Source: Anaerotignum sp. (GTDB lineage Bacteria > Bacillota > Clostridia > Lachnospirales > Anaerotignaceae). From it: a DNA stretch of 64,000 nt. Location of the stretch: positions 26,580 through 90,579 of the forward strand of contig JAQUSU010000002.1 of the NCBI GenBank assembly GCA_028710085.1, in the 5' to 3' direction. Under the pieces are notes generated by a model, which searched no databases, had not been told where the DNA came from, and saw only the letters and a list, made by a program, of their open reading frames with translations. Made by a program: the position numbers and the translations under genes. Positions 49,946-59,418 of the stretch are shown here, piece by piece (positions within the stretch are counted from its first letter, which is position 1; every line of letters starts with the position of its first letter).

Positions 49946-50803
49946 TTAGTTTATGTTCTTCAAATTCTTCATAGAAAAATCCAAAATAGGTGCCGAATGG
50001 GTTAGCGCGCCGCAAGAAATAAAGTCCACACCGATTTCACAAAGCTCCTTCAGACGTTCTTTGGTTACATTTCCAGAACACTCCGTTTGCGCTTTGCCCC
50101 CAATCAGTTCCACTGCTTTTTTCAAAGTTTCATTGTCCATGTTATCAAGCATAATAATATCCGCGCCTGCTTCTAACGCTTCCGCAACCATTGCAAGGGT
50201 TTCCGCTTCGACCTCAATTTTACGGACAAATGGCGCGTATTCCTTTGCCAGCCTAACCGCCTCAGCAATGCCACCGGCCGCCCCAATGTGATTGTCCTTG
50301 ATGAGAATCCCATCGGAAAGGTTGTATCTGTGGTTATTTCCCCCACCAACCTTCACTGCATATTTCTCAAAAATACGCATATTAGGCGTGGTTTTTCTTG
50401 TATCCAGTAATTTTGTTTTGTAGGGCTTCATTACCTGTACGCATTGATAAGTATAGCTTGCAATTCCGCTCATCCGCTGCAAAAAATTTAAAGCCGTGCG
50501 CTCGCCAGTTAATAACGCTCTTACATTTCCGTAAACCGTTCCAACTAATGTTCCACTCTGGATGAAATCGCCATCTTTATATTCCGTATCAAAGCGTGAT
50601 TTTGGATCAAGCAGTCCAAAAGTATATTGAAATATATCAAGTCCTGCAACCACGCCCGTCTGCTTACAAATTAATTGGGCACAGCCCTGTTTCAAGGGAG
50701 AAACGATTGCATTTGTTGTAATATCCTCACTGGTGATGTCTTCTTTCAAAGCAGCCTTAATGTAATCCTCTATATTAACCTTCATGCTTGCACAGTCTAC
50801 CAT
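49946..50803 (-). CDS. nadC: Quinolinate phosphoribosyltransferase
   Basis: ER.ALN.LQR.SGIA, DTRKTTP, HR..LSD..LIKDNH, IEVE, IMLDN, SGN. Confidence 0.95.
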   Translation of the reverse strand: MVDCASMKVNIEDYIKAALKEDITSEDITTNAIVSPLKQGCAQLICKQTGVVAGLDIFQYTFGLLDPKSRFDTEYKDGDFIQSGTLVGTVYGNVRALLTGERTALNFLQRMSGIASYTYQCVQVMKPYKTKLLDTRKTTPNMRIFEKYAVKVGGGNNHRYNLSDGILIKDNHIGAAGGIAEAVRLAKEYAPFVRKIEVEAETLAMVAEALEAGADIIMLDNMDNETLKKAVELIGGKAQTECSGNVTKERLKELCEIGVDFISCGALTHSAPILDFSMKNLKNIN

Positions 50804-52082
50804 ACTCAACACTTCCTTTATTTAATTCATCCCAAACCAGCTTATGATACTCTTTTTCCAGCTGCTCTGTATTGTACTGATTATTGTTAACCGTTGTACC
50901 TATATTTTGAAGTCCCATACTCTTCAGATTTTCATCAATCACGTTGGCGGCTCTCTTTGAAAAAACCAAGGCTTCCAAAAGAGAATTGCTTGCCAAACGG
51001 TTGGCACCATGCACGCCGTTACAGCTTGTTTCCCCCACTGCAAATAAATTTTTCATGGAGGTTTCGCCATCAATATTAATCTGAACACCACCCATAAAAT
51101 AATGCTGTGCCGGGGTAACCGGAAGCAGATCGGTTGCCAAATCATAGCCTTCCTCTAGGCATTTTTCGTATATATTGGGGAATCTTTCTTGGATTTTATC
51201 CTTGGGAATATGCCGCAAGGATAAATAAACATAATCCCTATCGTCCTTTTTCATTTGCTCAAAAATCGCCGTGCTTACAACATCTCTTGGCAGCAATTCA
51301 TCCACAAACCGCTGACCTTCTTTATTTAGAAGAATGGCTCCTTCCCCTCTGACAGATTCAGAAATCAAGAAGCTCCTGCCCTCTCCCTTCGTATAAAGCG
51401 TTGTGGGATGAATTTGAACATAATTCATATCAAGCAGCTTCACATTATGTTTTATGGCAATGGCGATTGCATCCCCCGTAAGATGCTTCATATTGGTGGA
51501 ATGTTCAAATAAACCGCCAATCCCACCTGTGGCCCAAACGACAGCCCCAGAAGCTATGTTGTAAATTGTATCCCCATCCTTTAAAACCACGCCTGTGCAG
51601 GTATTGTCCTTCTCCAAGATGTCAATCATCGTCACAAAGGGGAGGATTGTAATGTTAGATTTCTTTTTCACCTGTTCCAGCAGCTTCTCCGTAATTTCTT
51701 TCCCTGTCACATCTTTATAATACAGAATTCTGTTGATAGAATGGGCACCCTCTCTTGTATACGAAAAGTCAGTGCCTTCCCGCTCAAAATTTACGCCTAA
51801 CCCAACCAAATCCTCAATAATGCTGCGTGAGGAGCGAATGAGTACCTCCACGGACTCTTTATTATTTTTATACCTTCCGGCTCTTAATGTATCTTCAAAA
51901 TATGTTTCATAATCATTCTGATCCTTAAGTACAGAAATTCCGCCTTGGGCTAAAAATGAATCACTGTCTTCGGGTTGCTTTTTTGTAATCATAATAATTT
52001 TATAATGCTCCGGTAAATTTAAGGCACAAAATAGGCCTGCTACACCTGTTCCAACAATTACAACATCAGCTTCTTTACTCAC
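50775..52082 (-). CDS. nadB: L-aspartate oxidase
   Basis: G.G.AG, S.LAQGGI, EGAHS..RI, QIHPT, LISESVRGEG, HYFMGG, GVHGANRLASNSLLE; start GTG 52082 (alternative TTG 52115). Confidence 0.92.
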   Translation of the reverse strand: MSKEADVVIVGTGVAGLFCALNLPEHYKIIMITKKQPEDSDSFLAQGGISVLKDQNDYETYFEDTLRAGRYKNNKESVEVLIRSSRSIIEDLVGLGVNFEREGTDFSYTREGAHSINRILYYKDVTGKEITEKLLEQVKKKSNITILPFVTMIDILEKDNTCTGVVLKDGDTIYNIASGAVVWATGGIGGLFEHSTNMKHLTGDAIAIAIKHNVKLLDMNYVQIHPTTLYTKGEGRSFLISESVRGEGAILLNKEGQRFVDELLPRDVVSTAIFEQMKKDDRDYVYLSLRHIPKDKIQERFPNIYEKCLEEGYDLATDLLPVTPAQHYFMGGVQINIDGETSMKNLFAVGETSCNGVHGANRLASNSLLEALVFSKRAANVIDENLKSMGLQNIGTTVNNNQYNTEQLEKEYHKLVWDELNKGSVEYGRLCKHEG

Positions 52083-52138
52083 AACGATACCTTCTTTCAA
52101 AATATCCTTTGTCAACCGTTATTTTTTATTTTTTTTTA

Positions 52139-53044
52139 TTATTGGGCCAATTCGTGCATTTTTGTCAAAGGAATTTGGGCTTTTCGCCTTAAATCTTCGT
52201 TTAAAAGCATTTCATTTTCCATGGAATTTAAAATATCATAAACCTTCTCCAATGTGTTCAGCTTCATGCCGGGACACTGTTGGATTTCATTTACAAGATA
52301 AAAAATTTTATTGGGATTTTTGCCCCGAAGCTGGTGTAAAACCCCATCCTCCGTTGCGATAACAAAGCTATGGCCGTCACTTTTTGTGGCATAATCAATA
52401 ATTTCCGAGGTGCTCCCGACAAAATGGGCCAGGCTTAAAACATCAATGCTACATTCAGGATGGGCTAACACTTCAGCTTCGGGATGCTCCTTTTTCGCCC
52501 TTGCAACATCCTCCTTACGGATGTCTTGATGCACAGGGCAGTAGCCGTGATGGAAAACAAAATTTTTATTTTCCATTTTTGTGGACAAGTAAGTCCCCAA
52601 GTGATTATCAGGAATGAACAAAATATTTTTCTGAGGCAGCTTTGAAACGATTTTTAATGCATTGGATGAGGTTACGCATACATCGGAATGCGCCTTTATT
52701 TCTGCGCTGGAATTAATATAGCAAACAACAGCGATATCCTCGTATTTTGCCTTGATATTCTCTATGGTTTCGGCATCAATCATATGAGCCATTGGGCAGT
52801 CCGCCAGCTCGTCCACCATAATAACATGTTTTTCGGGATTTAAAATTTTCGCACTCTCCCCCATAAATTTCACACCACAAAATAAAATGGTTTTTTGCTC
52901 AATCTCCGTTGCTATTTTACTCAAATAGTATGAATCGCCTACATAATCCGCAATGTCTTGCACTGCTCCTTCTACATAATAATGTGCTAAAATCGCTACA
53001 CCATTCTTTTCTTTCAGCTTATTTATTTCTTCATTTAAACTCAT
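52139..53044 (-). CDS. nadA: Quinolinate synthase
   Basis: LAHYY, GDS..L, CGV.FM.E, CPMA, YINS, TSSN, C.VH, HPEC, GST, TE.G, CP.MK. Confidence 0.95.
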   Translation of the reverse strand: MSLNEEINKLKEKNGVAILAHYYVEGAVQDIADYVGDSYYLSKIATEIEQKTILFCGVKFMGESAKILNPEKHVIMVDELADCPMAHMIDAETIENIKAKYEDIAVVCYINSSAEIKAHSDVCVTSSNALKIVSKLPQKNILFIPDNHLGTYLSTKMENKNFVFHHGYCPVHQDIRKEDVARAKKEHPEAEVLAHPECSIDVLSLAHFVGSTSEIIDYATKSDGHSFVIATEDGVLHQLRGKNPNKIFYLVNEIQQCPGMKLNTLEKVYDILNSMENEMLLNEDLRRKAQIPLTKMHELAQ

Positions 53045-53172
53045 TTTTTCACCTCAAGTATGATTAAAACTATAATTATTGATGAAGCTTTTCTTTTTCA
53101 GTCAATATGCTACCGTTTCCCATTGCTTCAAAATCCAAATAAATACATTTTTTTGTATACATATTCATTACT

Positions 53173-53200
53173 ATTATATAGATAATTCTAGGTTTGTCAA
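53173..53200 (-). promoter_or_regulatory. SigA-type promoter of nadABC
   Basis: Minus strand TTGACA-N16-TATAAT. Confidence 0.6.
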
Positions 53201-53582
53201 TAAATGTCCCACCCTTTTTTCGTGCTGTTGTCTGGCATTGTATGGCATTATTGCTAAGTAAACATTCCAGTGGAGGAATGGATTCAATCACATTAAAAGA
53301 AAATTTATATCGCCTACATCTTGCATTTTCATTCACATAATCAGTCTTCAATTCAAATGCGTTCTCATGGCTGTTATGGCTATAGTGAGGCAAGCGTTTT
53401 TTAGTCTTCTGCTTCATACAATACTAACGGGCAATGCTTGTAAAAATAATGTTTTGCAGTTATAATTATAAGCAATGTTAGGATAATCTATTCACGCTAC
53501 CACCATTGCAATTGCCCATACTTCCTAGGTTCGTCCTAAATTTTCCGAAAAAAAATCCTGAAAAGTAAAACGAGGTCTGAAA

Positions 53583-53726
53583 ATGAATGTTTTGAATTTA
53601 TCTATTCCACAAGGCAAAAAGAAAATAAAACAAATTTTCAACATCTTAGAAGGTAATGCAATGGAAAACAAGTCCGCAAGCTCTGAACTGACTATTTTTG
53701 ATAGAAGGTCTGGTGAGGTCATATGA
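53583..53726 (+). CDS. Putative small ORF (47 aa) overlapping the YibE/F start
   Basis: GAGGT RBS 6 nt before the ATG; stop overlaps the next start as ATGA; below the ORF-track size cutoff. Confidence 0.3.
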   Translation: MNVLNLSIPQGKKKIKQIFNILEGNAMENKSASSELTIFDRRSGEVI

Positions 53727-54901
53727 AATACAAAAATATTATTGTCTGGATGGTAACTGTAGTTTTGTGTATTCTCTACATATTTTTTGGTCATACGATT
53801 GCTTCAAAAAATCTTACGGTTATGAATAGCCAGCAAGCCTATTCCGCAAAAGCAATCGTTTTGCGTATTGAAGATGAAGTACAAGGGGAATCTTATGAGG
53901 GCGTTGCGCCAATTGTGACAGATACAACAACTCTATTCACCTGTAGGCTGTTGGAAGGGACGCAAAAGGGGGAAGAAATCCTTGCTGCTCAAATTGGCGA
54001 CTCCTCCTTTTCGGCTGCAAAACAGAAAATCATTTCCGTTGGTGACAAAATTATCGTGTATAACTACCCTGCAGAAGAATATGGAACGGAATGGATCTTC
54101 GGTGATTATGTGCGTTTCGATACCTTGCTGATTTTTGCCGCTGTCTTTTTTGTTTTGCTGTTGATATTTGGATGGGGAAAGGGAATCAATACCATCATTT
54201 CGCTGACATTTACTTGTTTGGCAATTTTCATGGTATATATTCCATCTATATTAAGCGGTCAAAACATCTATATAAGCACTTTAATTACTTGCGGCTTTAT
54301 TACAATCATGACCATTTTGATTACAAATGGATGGAGCAAAAAAACTTTGGCCACCATACTTGGCTGTCTGTTTGGCGTTTGTGTGGCTGCCTGCCTTTCC
54401 CTTATCATGGACAGCGTTCTGCATTTAACCGGTGTAACAGATGAAAACTCTATTTATTTGACCTCACTGCCTTCTCCTGTCAATTTAAATGCAATTATTT
54501 TTGGCAGCATTGTTGTAGGTTCTTTGGGTGCAGTTATGGACGTGGCAATGGATATCGCCTCCTCCCTCTATGAGATATGCCAGCACTCAGATCGATTATC
54601 CTTCGCAAGACTTGTGAAAAGTGGTCTTACCATTGGGCGGGATATTATGGGTACCATGTCAAACACATTGGTGTTGGCCTATATCGGAAGCTCTCTTTCT
54701 ATTGTATTATTACTAATTACCTATGCCGATTCAGTTTCCTCGTTGGTAAACAGAGAAATGATTATTGTTGAATTTATCCAAGCGCTTGTCGGAAGCACTG
54801 CAATTTTGCTTACCATTCCTCTTACTGCAATCATCTGCGGACTAATTTATGTTGGGAAAGGGAAGCAGCCCCGCAGAGTGCGCAGGCATAGAAAATATTA
54901 A
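53723..54901 (+). CDS. YibE/F-family membrane protein
   Basis: Extracellular loop with GDKI, then D..R, G.KG, LGAVMDV...IAS, G..IGRDIMGTM.NTL.LAY.G. Confidence 0.88.
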   Translation: MKYKNIIVWMVTVVLCILYIFFGHTIASKNLTVMNSQQAYSAKAIVLRIEDEVQGESYEGVAPIVTDTTTLFTCRLLEGTQKGEEILAAQIGDSSFSAAKQKIISVGDKIIVYNYPAEEYGTEWIFGDYVRFDTLLIFAAVFFVLLLIFGWGKGINTIISLTFTCLAIFMVYIPSILSGQNIYISTLITCGFITIMTILITNGWSKKTLATILGCLFGVCVAACLSLIMDSVLHLTGVTDENSIYLTSLPSPVNLNAIIFGSIVVGSLGAVMDVAMDIASSLYEICQHSDRLSFARLVKSGLTIGRDIMGTMSNTLVLAYIGSSLSIVLLLITYADSVSSLVNREMIIVEFIQALVGSTAILLTIPLTAIICGLIYVGKGKQPRRVRRHRKY

Positions 54902-54948
54902 TTTGCAAACAAAAAAAGAGTGTGCAATTTATATGCACACCCCAGAGG

Positions 54949-55028
54949 GTAGACAAACCTTGGGCGAAGCCGATTTTTGCAGACAAGACCCTCAAGGATT
55001 TCGTCCTTGTATTCAGTCTTAAAAGGGG
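54949..55028. repeat. Internally deleted copy (C) of the multi-hairpin element
   Basis: Keeps the left end GACAAACCTTGGGCG and the right end CCCTCAAGG...TTGTATTCAGTCTT..AGGGGTG; directly in tandem with copy B. Confidence 0.6.
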
Positions 55029-55231
55029 TGTCGAAAAACCTTGGGCGCTGCCCAAACCTGCTTGCTTTTTGAAAAAAGCAAGACCAAAAACTTTTATTTA
55101 AACCGCATATTTATGCGGTTTCTAAGGGGTCAAGGGCGAAACCCTTGTGGGTGTTTGAGGGCAAAGCCTTCAAGGTTTTGACTTTGTAATCAGTCTTTAT
55201 AAGGGTGTCGACTTTGTGGGCACCCTTATAA
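55029..55231. repeat. Multi-hairpin MITE/REP-like element, copy B
   Basis: Near-identical to 49737-49942; lies between convergent genes. Confidence 0.85.
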
Positions 55232-55233
55232 AA

Positions 55234-55758
55234 TCAATTCTTTTGTTCCGCAAAATACAAATGCCTTGTTCTTGTATGAATCACAAAAGCAATTACACAA
55301 CCGATTGCCGCAGTAATAAACTGAGTAATAGAGAAAGTCGTTTTCACAACACCCACCATTTTTTCGGGCACCGCTGCGCCAAAAAGCGTCAGCACCCCAT
55401 ACCAAACCAACAGCCAAAGCACCACTGCCTTCAGCATCGCCCCGAGGGCAAGCCATGCCATAAGCTTTTCTTTCCGTCCTCTGCTTGCCAATAATACTAA
55501 GGTTAAATTTCCCAGCATAATCACAAATACCATAACCGGCACTAATTGCAAAATCGGTGTTTGCCCCATAAAATAAGCAATCATAGGGGTGAGCAGTGCA
55601 ATCATTACTCCACTTGAAGTTCCTGCCGCCAAGGTTGCTATAACCAACAGTGCATTGACTGCCGAACCGGTAAGATAAACAGAAACTCCCTTCAAGCTCT
55701 GAAATACAATGCACATTGCCAATAGTAACGCAGTAAATACCAATTGTTTCGTTTTCAT
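55234..55758 (-). CDS. ECF transporter S-component (substrate unknown)
   Basis: 174 aa, 5-6 TM helices; TK.L..TALL.A, TGS.VN..L, LTP..A, GN, Q.ITA.IG; GAGG RBS. Confidence 0.75.
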   Translation of the reverse strand: MKTKQLVFTALLLAMCIVFQSLKGVSVYLTGSAVNALLVIATLAAGTSSGVMIALLTPMIAYFMGQTPILQLVPVMVFVIMLGNLTLVLLASRGRKEKLMAWLALGAMLKAVVLWLLVWYGVLTLFGAAVPEKMVGVVKTTFSITQFITAAIGCVIAFVIHTRTRHLYFAEQKN

Positions 55759-55782
55759 TTGACCTCCTCGAGGATATTCCCC

Positions 55783-57264
55783 TTATTTTTCTTCCAATCC
55801 AAATTCTCTTTCCATATTAATTACACCCAAATCATACCCCGTCATCCCTTCAAAGGGGTTTTGGGTTACCGCTTCTTTGCCATAGCGATTCAAAAGCTCA
55901 ATCCCCTTTTGATCATGAGATAGGGATGCCGCGCCGCCGGTACATCCATTTTTGCAAGCCATGCCCTCCAATAAATTAGCATTTAGCCTGCCAAAGGATG
56001 CCAGCTTCATATTTTTGATACATTCATCAATTCCGTTGCAGTAAATCGGCTTAATTTCTTTTTCAATGCCTTCCATCTGTGCAACCTTTACAACACTTTC
56101 TGCAACGCCGCCTGTTCTTCCGAAAATTCTGCCAAAGTAGGAAGGTGCGCCTGCGCTTCTTTCCTCAAACTCTTCCAAATCAATTTCCTTTGCATCAAAC
56201 GTGGCCTTTAATTCTTCAAAGGTTAAAACGTAATCAACAGCCCCTACCAAATCCTCATGCTTAATTTCAACCTTCTTTGCTACACACGGCCCAATAAAAA
56301 CAACTCTGGCTTTTTTATCCTTCTCATGAATTGCTCTGGCAAGGGCAATCATGGGGGATACCGTTGTTGAAACATGGTCCATAAATTCCGGATAATTTCT
56401 CTGGACATAATCCACAAAAGCCGGACAGCAAGAGGTTGTTTTCCAGCCTTTTTCATCAATGGTTTCCGCAAATTCCCTCGCTTCTTGCACAGCAACCATA
56501 TCTCCGCCAATTGCCGCCTCAATCACATCATAAAACCCTAATTCCTTAACGGCTGCAAAAACCTGCCCTATTTTTACCTCGGGGAACTGGCTGGCAATTG
56601 CCGGAGCCACAATGGCATAAACATGATAGCTTGTATTATTCCATGAATTTTGAATTAAGTCCAATACATTTAGAACAAAGGATTTATCCACAATTGCACC
56701 AAATGGACATTGATATACACACGCACCGCAGGAAATGCATTTTTCATGATCGATATATGCTTTCTTTTCCTCATTTATTTGCACCGCACCTACAGGACAG
56801 GAACGAATACAGGGCCTTTTTACCTCGCTAATGGCATTAAAGGGACAGACCTGCTTGCAACGTCCGCATTCGATACAAAGTGCCTGATTGATATAGGAAC
56901 GGTGATTCACAATGGTAATGGCATTTCTTGGACAAACCTCTTGACATTTATGCCCTAAACAGCCACGGCATGCCTCGGTAACAACAAAACGGTCAATTGG
57001 GCATTCATCACATGCGGAAGAAAGCACATTAATAATGCGATTATCCTTGGTAGGCTCCAAAACCAGACGCACACGTTCTTCTATAATATGTCGTTCTTTA
57101 TAAATACAACAGCGAAACATCGCTTTTGGCCCTGGAATAATGGCCTCCGCAATTTCTCTGTATGAATTGATCGATTTATCTAGTGTTCCATGAAAAAAGC
57201 GCTGTGCAACTTCTTTATTCACTAAGTATTTGATATATTGAACGTTGCTTTCAAACTCCTTCAT
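55783..57264 (-). CDS. Monomeric [FeFe]-hydrogenase, group B type, with 4Fe-4S domains
   Basis: RCCIYKER N-terminal motif, several CxxCxxCxxxCP, H-cluster motifs TSCCPAF, GPCVAKK, EGMAC..GC.GG; GGAGG RBS. Confidence 0.88.
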   Translation of the reverse strand: MKEFESNVQYIKYLVNKEVAQRFFHGTLDKSINSYREIAEAIIPGPKAMFRCCIYKERHIIEERVRLVLEPTKDNRIINVLSSACDECPIDRFVVTEACRGCLGHKCQEVCPRNAITIVNHRSYINQALCIECGRCKQVCPFNAISEVKRPCIRSCPVGAVQINEEKKAYIDHEKCISCGACVYQCPFGAIVDKSFVLNVLDLIQNSWNNTSYHVYAIVAPAIASQFPEVKIGQVFAAVKELGFYDVIEAAIGGDMVAVQEAREFAETIDEKGWKTTSCCPAFVDYVQRNYPEFMDHVSTTVSPMIALARAIHEKDKKARVVFIGPCVAKKVEIKHEDLVGAVDYVLTFEELKATFDAKEIDLEEFEERSAGAPSYFGRIFGRTGGVAESVVKVAQMEGIEKEIKPIYCNGIDECIKNMKLASFGRLNANLLEGMACKNGCTGGAASLSHDQKGIELLNRYGKEAVTQNPFEGMTGYDLGVINMEREFGLEEK

Positions 57265-57505
57265 TATTTTGCTCCTCCTTAAATAATATGAATATGCCCA
57301 ATCCGCTCAATCTCTTCCTTATTGCAACAATCAAATCAAAGCTTTTTTATCATAATCTTTTCAATAAAAGCTCAGAAGGATTTGTATGTTTTGATTGCGT
57401 TAAAAAAAGCAACGAGTATTGAATACAGTATACGACGTTACTTTTTTTTAAAAAATTAATTAAAGTTTTTCCTAACTAATTTATTAACCCCTTACCTATG
57501 GGCTA

Positions 57506-57534
57506 ATTCTAGCATATATTTATTTCGCATGCAA
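57506..57534 (-). promoter_or_regulatory. SigA-type promoter of hydrogenase-ECF unit
   Basis: Minus strand TTGCAT-N17-TAGAAT with TGn extension. Confidence 0.6.
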
Positions 57535-57698
57535 GATATTTGTTATCGAAATACCCGTAATAATGAACAAAATTTTAGTGTATTTTTAATGCTATATGTC
57601 TTCTGATTTGAAAAAAAGAAGTATGCTGATGCTTTTTAAACGCAAAAATCGTCCTTGAAATTTTCATTTCTCTCCCCTTATTCCATTTCAAAAAAATA

Positions 57699-57730
57699 TA
57701 AAAAAGACCTTTTACGATAAGTAAAAGGTC
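57699..57730 (-). terminator. Intrinsic terminator after phoR
   Basis: GACCTTTTAC-TTATC-GTAAAAGGTC followed by a T-run on the minus strand. Confidence 0.8.
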
Positions 57731-57759
57731 AAGACTATGGAAAAATAAACAAAGGAAAA

Positions 57760-59418
57760 TTATTGTTTCGGGAAAGTAAGGGTAATTTTCGTTCCTTTAC
57801 TTAACTCGCTTACTAAATTAATTTTTCCATTATGAAGCATTGCGCCATGCTTTACAATGGAAAGTCCCAAGCCTGTGCCTTCCGTTTCCTTGGAACGGCT
57901 TTCATTTGCACGATAAAACCGTTCAAATACACGAGCTTGATTTGCCGGCGCAATGCCCATTCCCGTATCCGAAACTGTAATGACAATTTCTTTTTCTTTG
58001 TTCTCCAACGAAATATTTACTTTTCCGTTTTCATAATTATAGCGAATTGCATTGTCTGAAAGGTTATAAATCATTTCCTGCAAAACCTGCTTCACACCAA
58101 TGAAAACCGCCGTCTGTGTGGCTACAGAAATAGTTACGCCTTTTTTTTCGGCAATGGGCTCCAGCCGCTTTACGGTATCTTGAATCAAAAGCTCTAAATC
58201 CACTGCCTCTCTTTCCATGTTCCTCTGTTTTTCGTCTAGCTTAGAGAGCTTTATAATGTTTTGAATCATTTGTATCAATCTTTGTGCCTCATCATAAATT
58301 TTACCTGCAAATCTGGGCACATCTTCCCCTTGCACCATTCCGTTTTTCATAATTTCCGCAAACCCTGAAATGGAAGTTAACGGCGTCTTTAGTTCATGGG
58401 AAACATTCGCGGTAAATTCTCGGCGAAGCTTCTCCCGCTCCTCTTGCTCGGTAACATCAAAAAGCAATAGAATTGCCCCTGCAAGGGTATCCTCCTGCAT
58501 AACCGGATTTGCAAAAATTTTACAAATCTTACCGTCAATTTGAATCGTTTCTTCTCGATGGATACCCGCCAATGCAGAATCCACCGAACGGCGAAAGCCC
58601 TCGCTGCGGTTTAACTGAAACACGTTGGCTTTCTCCCTTGGCGTTTCAATTCCCATCAGCTGCAGCGCACCAGTATTATATGAAAGGACATCCCCTTGGG
58701 CATCTAAAACCAAAAGTCCCTCCTGCATATTCGAAGTAATTGTGTCAAACTCCTGCTTTTGACACTTTAATTCTCGCATCTGCCAGTAAATTTGCTTATT
58801 TTGAACGGCAATTCGCCGCAGCAGAGGCGTCAGTTCATCGTATACAACGGCTAATTCCGGCTGTTCCAAATCAATATCATTAATCGGTTTTGTAATTTTT
58901 TTTGCCGTTTGTAAAGCCAAAAAAACAGAAAACAAAATTGCGAAAGCCAAAATAAATGCCAAAGGCTGCGTCATTGTAAAAAACAGCGCAATGGGGCTAA
59001 TCGTCAAATCAGAAACACGAACAACGGTACCGTCCTCCAACCTTAAAGCATAATACACCGTTTTTTCGGAAAGCGTATTGGAATACCGTTGGCTAAAGCC
59101 CTCTTTATTTTCAAAAGCGGCAGCAATCTCAACCCGTTCCCTATGATTATCCATTTTTTCAGGATTTGCCTTGGAATCAAATAAAACCACACCATTCTCA
59201 TCGACCCATGTAATGCGATTCAAGGGACTTTGCATTTGTTCTAGGTAATTCATTTGATCGTCTTCAATCCCTGCAGCAACATAAAACGCTTGACTGCGCA
59301 AATCCTCACGCTGTTCCGCCGAAAAAAAAGCGTACATCATCCCAAAAACCAAACCAACAACCGCAAGCATCATCACCATGGCTACGCCGAAAATGGCCCA
59401 GAAAATTCGCTTTGTCAC
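57760..59418 (-). CDS. phoR: Phosphate regulon sensor histidine kinase
   Basis: 2 TM helices, PAS, EFTANVSHELKTPLTSI.G, NL.DNA..Y, DTG.GI, FERFYR, GTGLGLSIVKH; within the pst operon. Confidence 0.88.
   Translation of the reverse strand: MTKRIFWAIFGVAMVMMLAVVGLVFGMMYAFFSAEQREDLRSQAFYVAAGIEDDQMNYLEQMQSPLNRITWVDENGVVLFDSKANPEKMDNHRERVEIAAAFENKEGFSQRYSNTLSEKTVYYALRLEDGTVVRVSDLTISPIALFFTMTQPLAFILAFAILFSVFLALQTAKKITKPINDIDLEQPELAVVYDELTPLLRRIAVQNKQIYWQMRELKCQKQEFDTITSNMQEGLLVLDAQGDVLSYNTGALQLMGIETPREKANVFQLNRSEGFRRSVDSALAGIHREETIQIDGKICKIFANPVMQEDTLAGAILLLFDVTEQEEREKLRREFTANVSHELKTPLTSISGFAEIMKNGMVQGEDVPRFAGKIYDEAQRLIQMIQNIIKLSKLDEKQRNMEREAVDLELLIQDTVKRLEPIAEKKGVTISVATQTAVFIGVKQVLQEMIYNLSDNAIRYNYENGKVNISLENKEKEIVITVSDTGMGIAPANQARVFERFYRANESRSKETEGTGLGLSIVKHGAMLHNGKINLVSELSKGTKITLTFPKQ

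Noticed and set aside
53045-53172. NAD riboswitch or NiaR/NrtR operator in the nadA leader
   Set aside because: No convincing structure or consensus match by eye
53076-53417. 113-aa minus-strand ORF upstream of nadA (contains IYLD, reminiscent of the NifS start)
   Set aside because: No RBS, crosses the nadA promoter, similarity only 4 residues
49737-55231. Possible CRISPR array or tRNA in the repeats
   Set aside because: No regular repeat-spacer period, no cas genes, no cloverleaf or T-loop consensus
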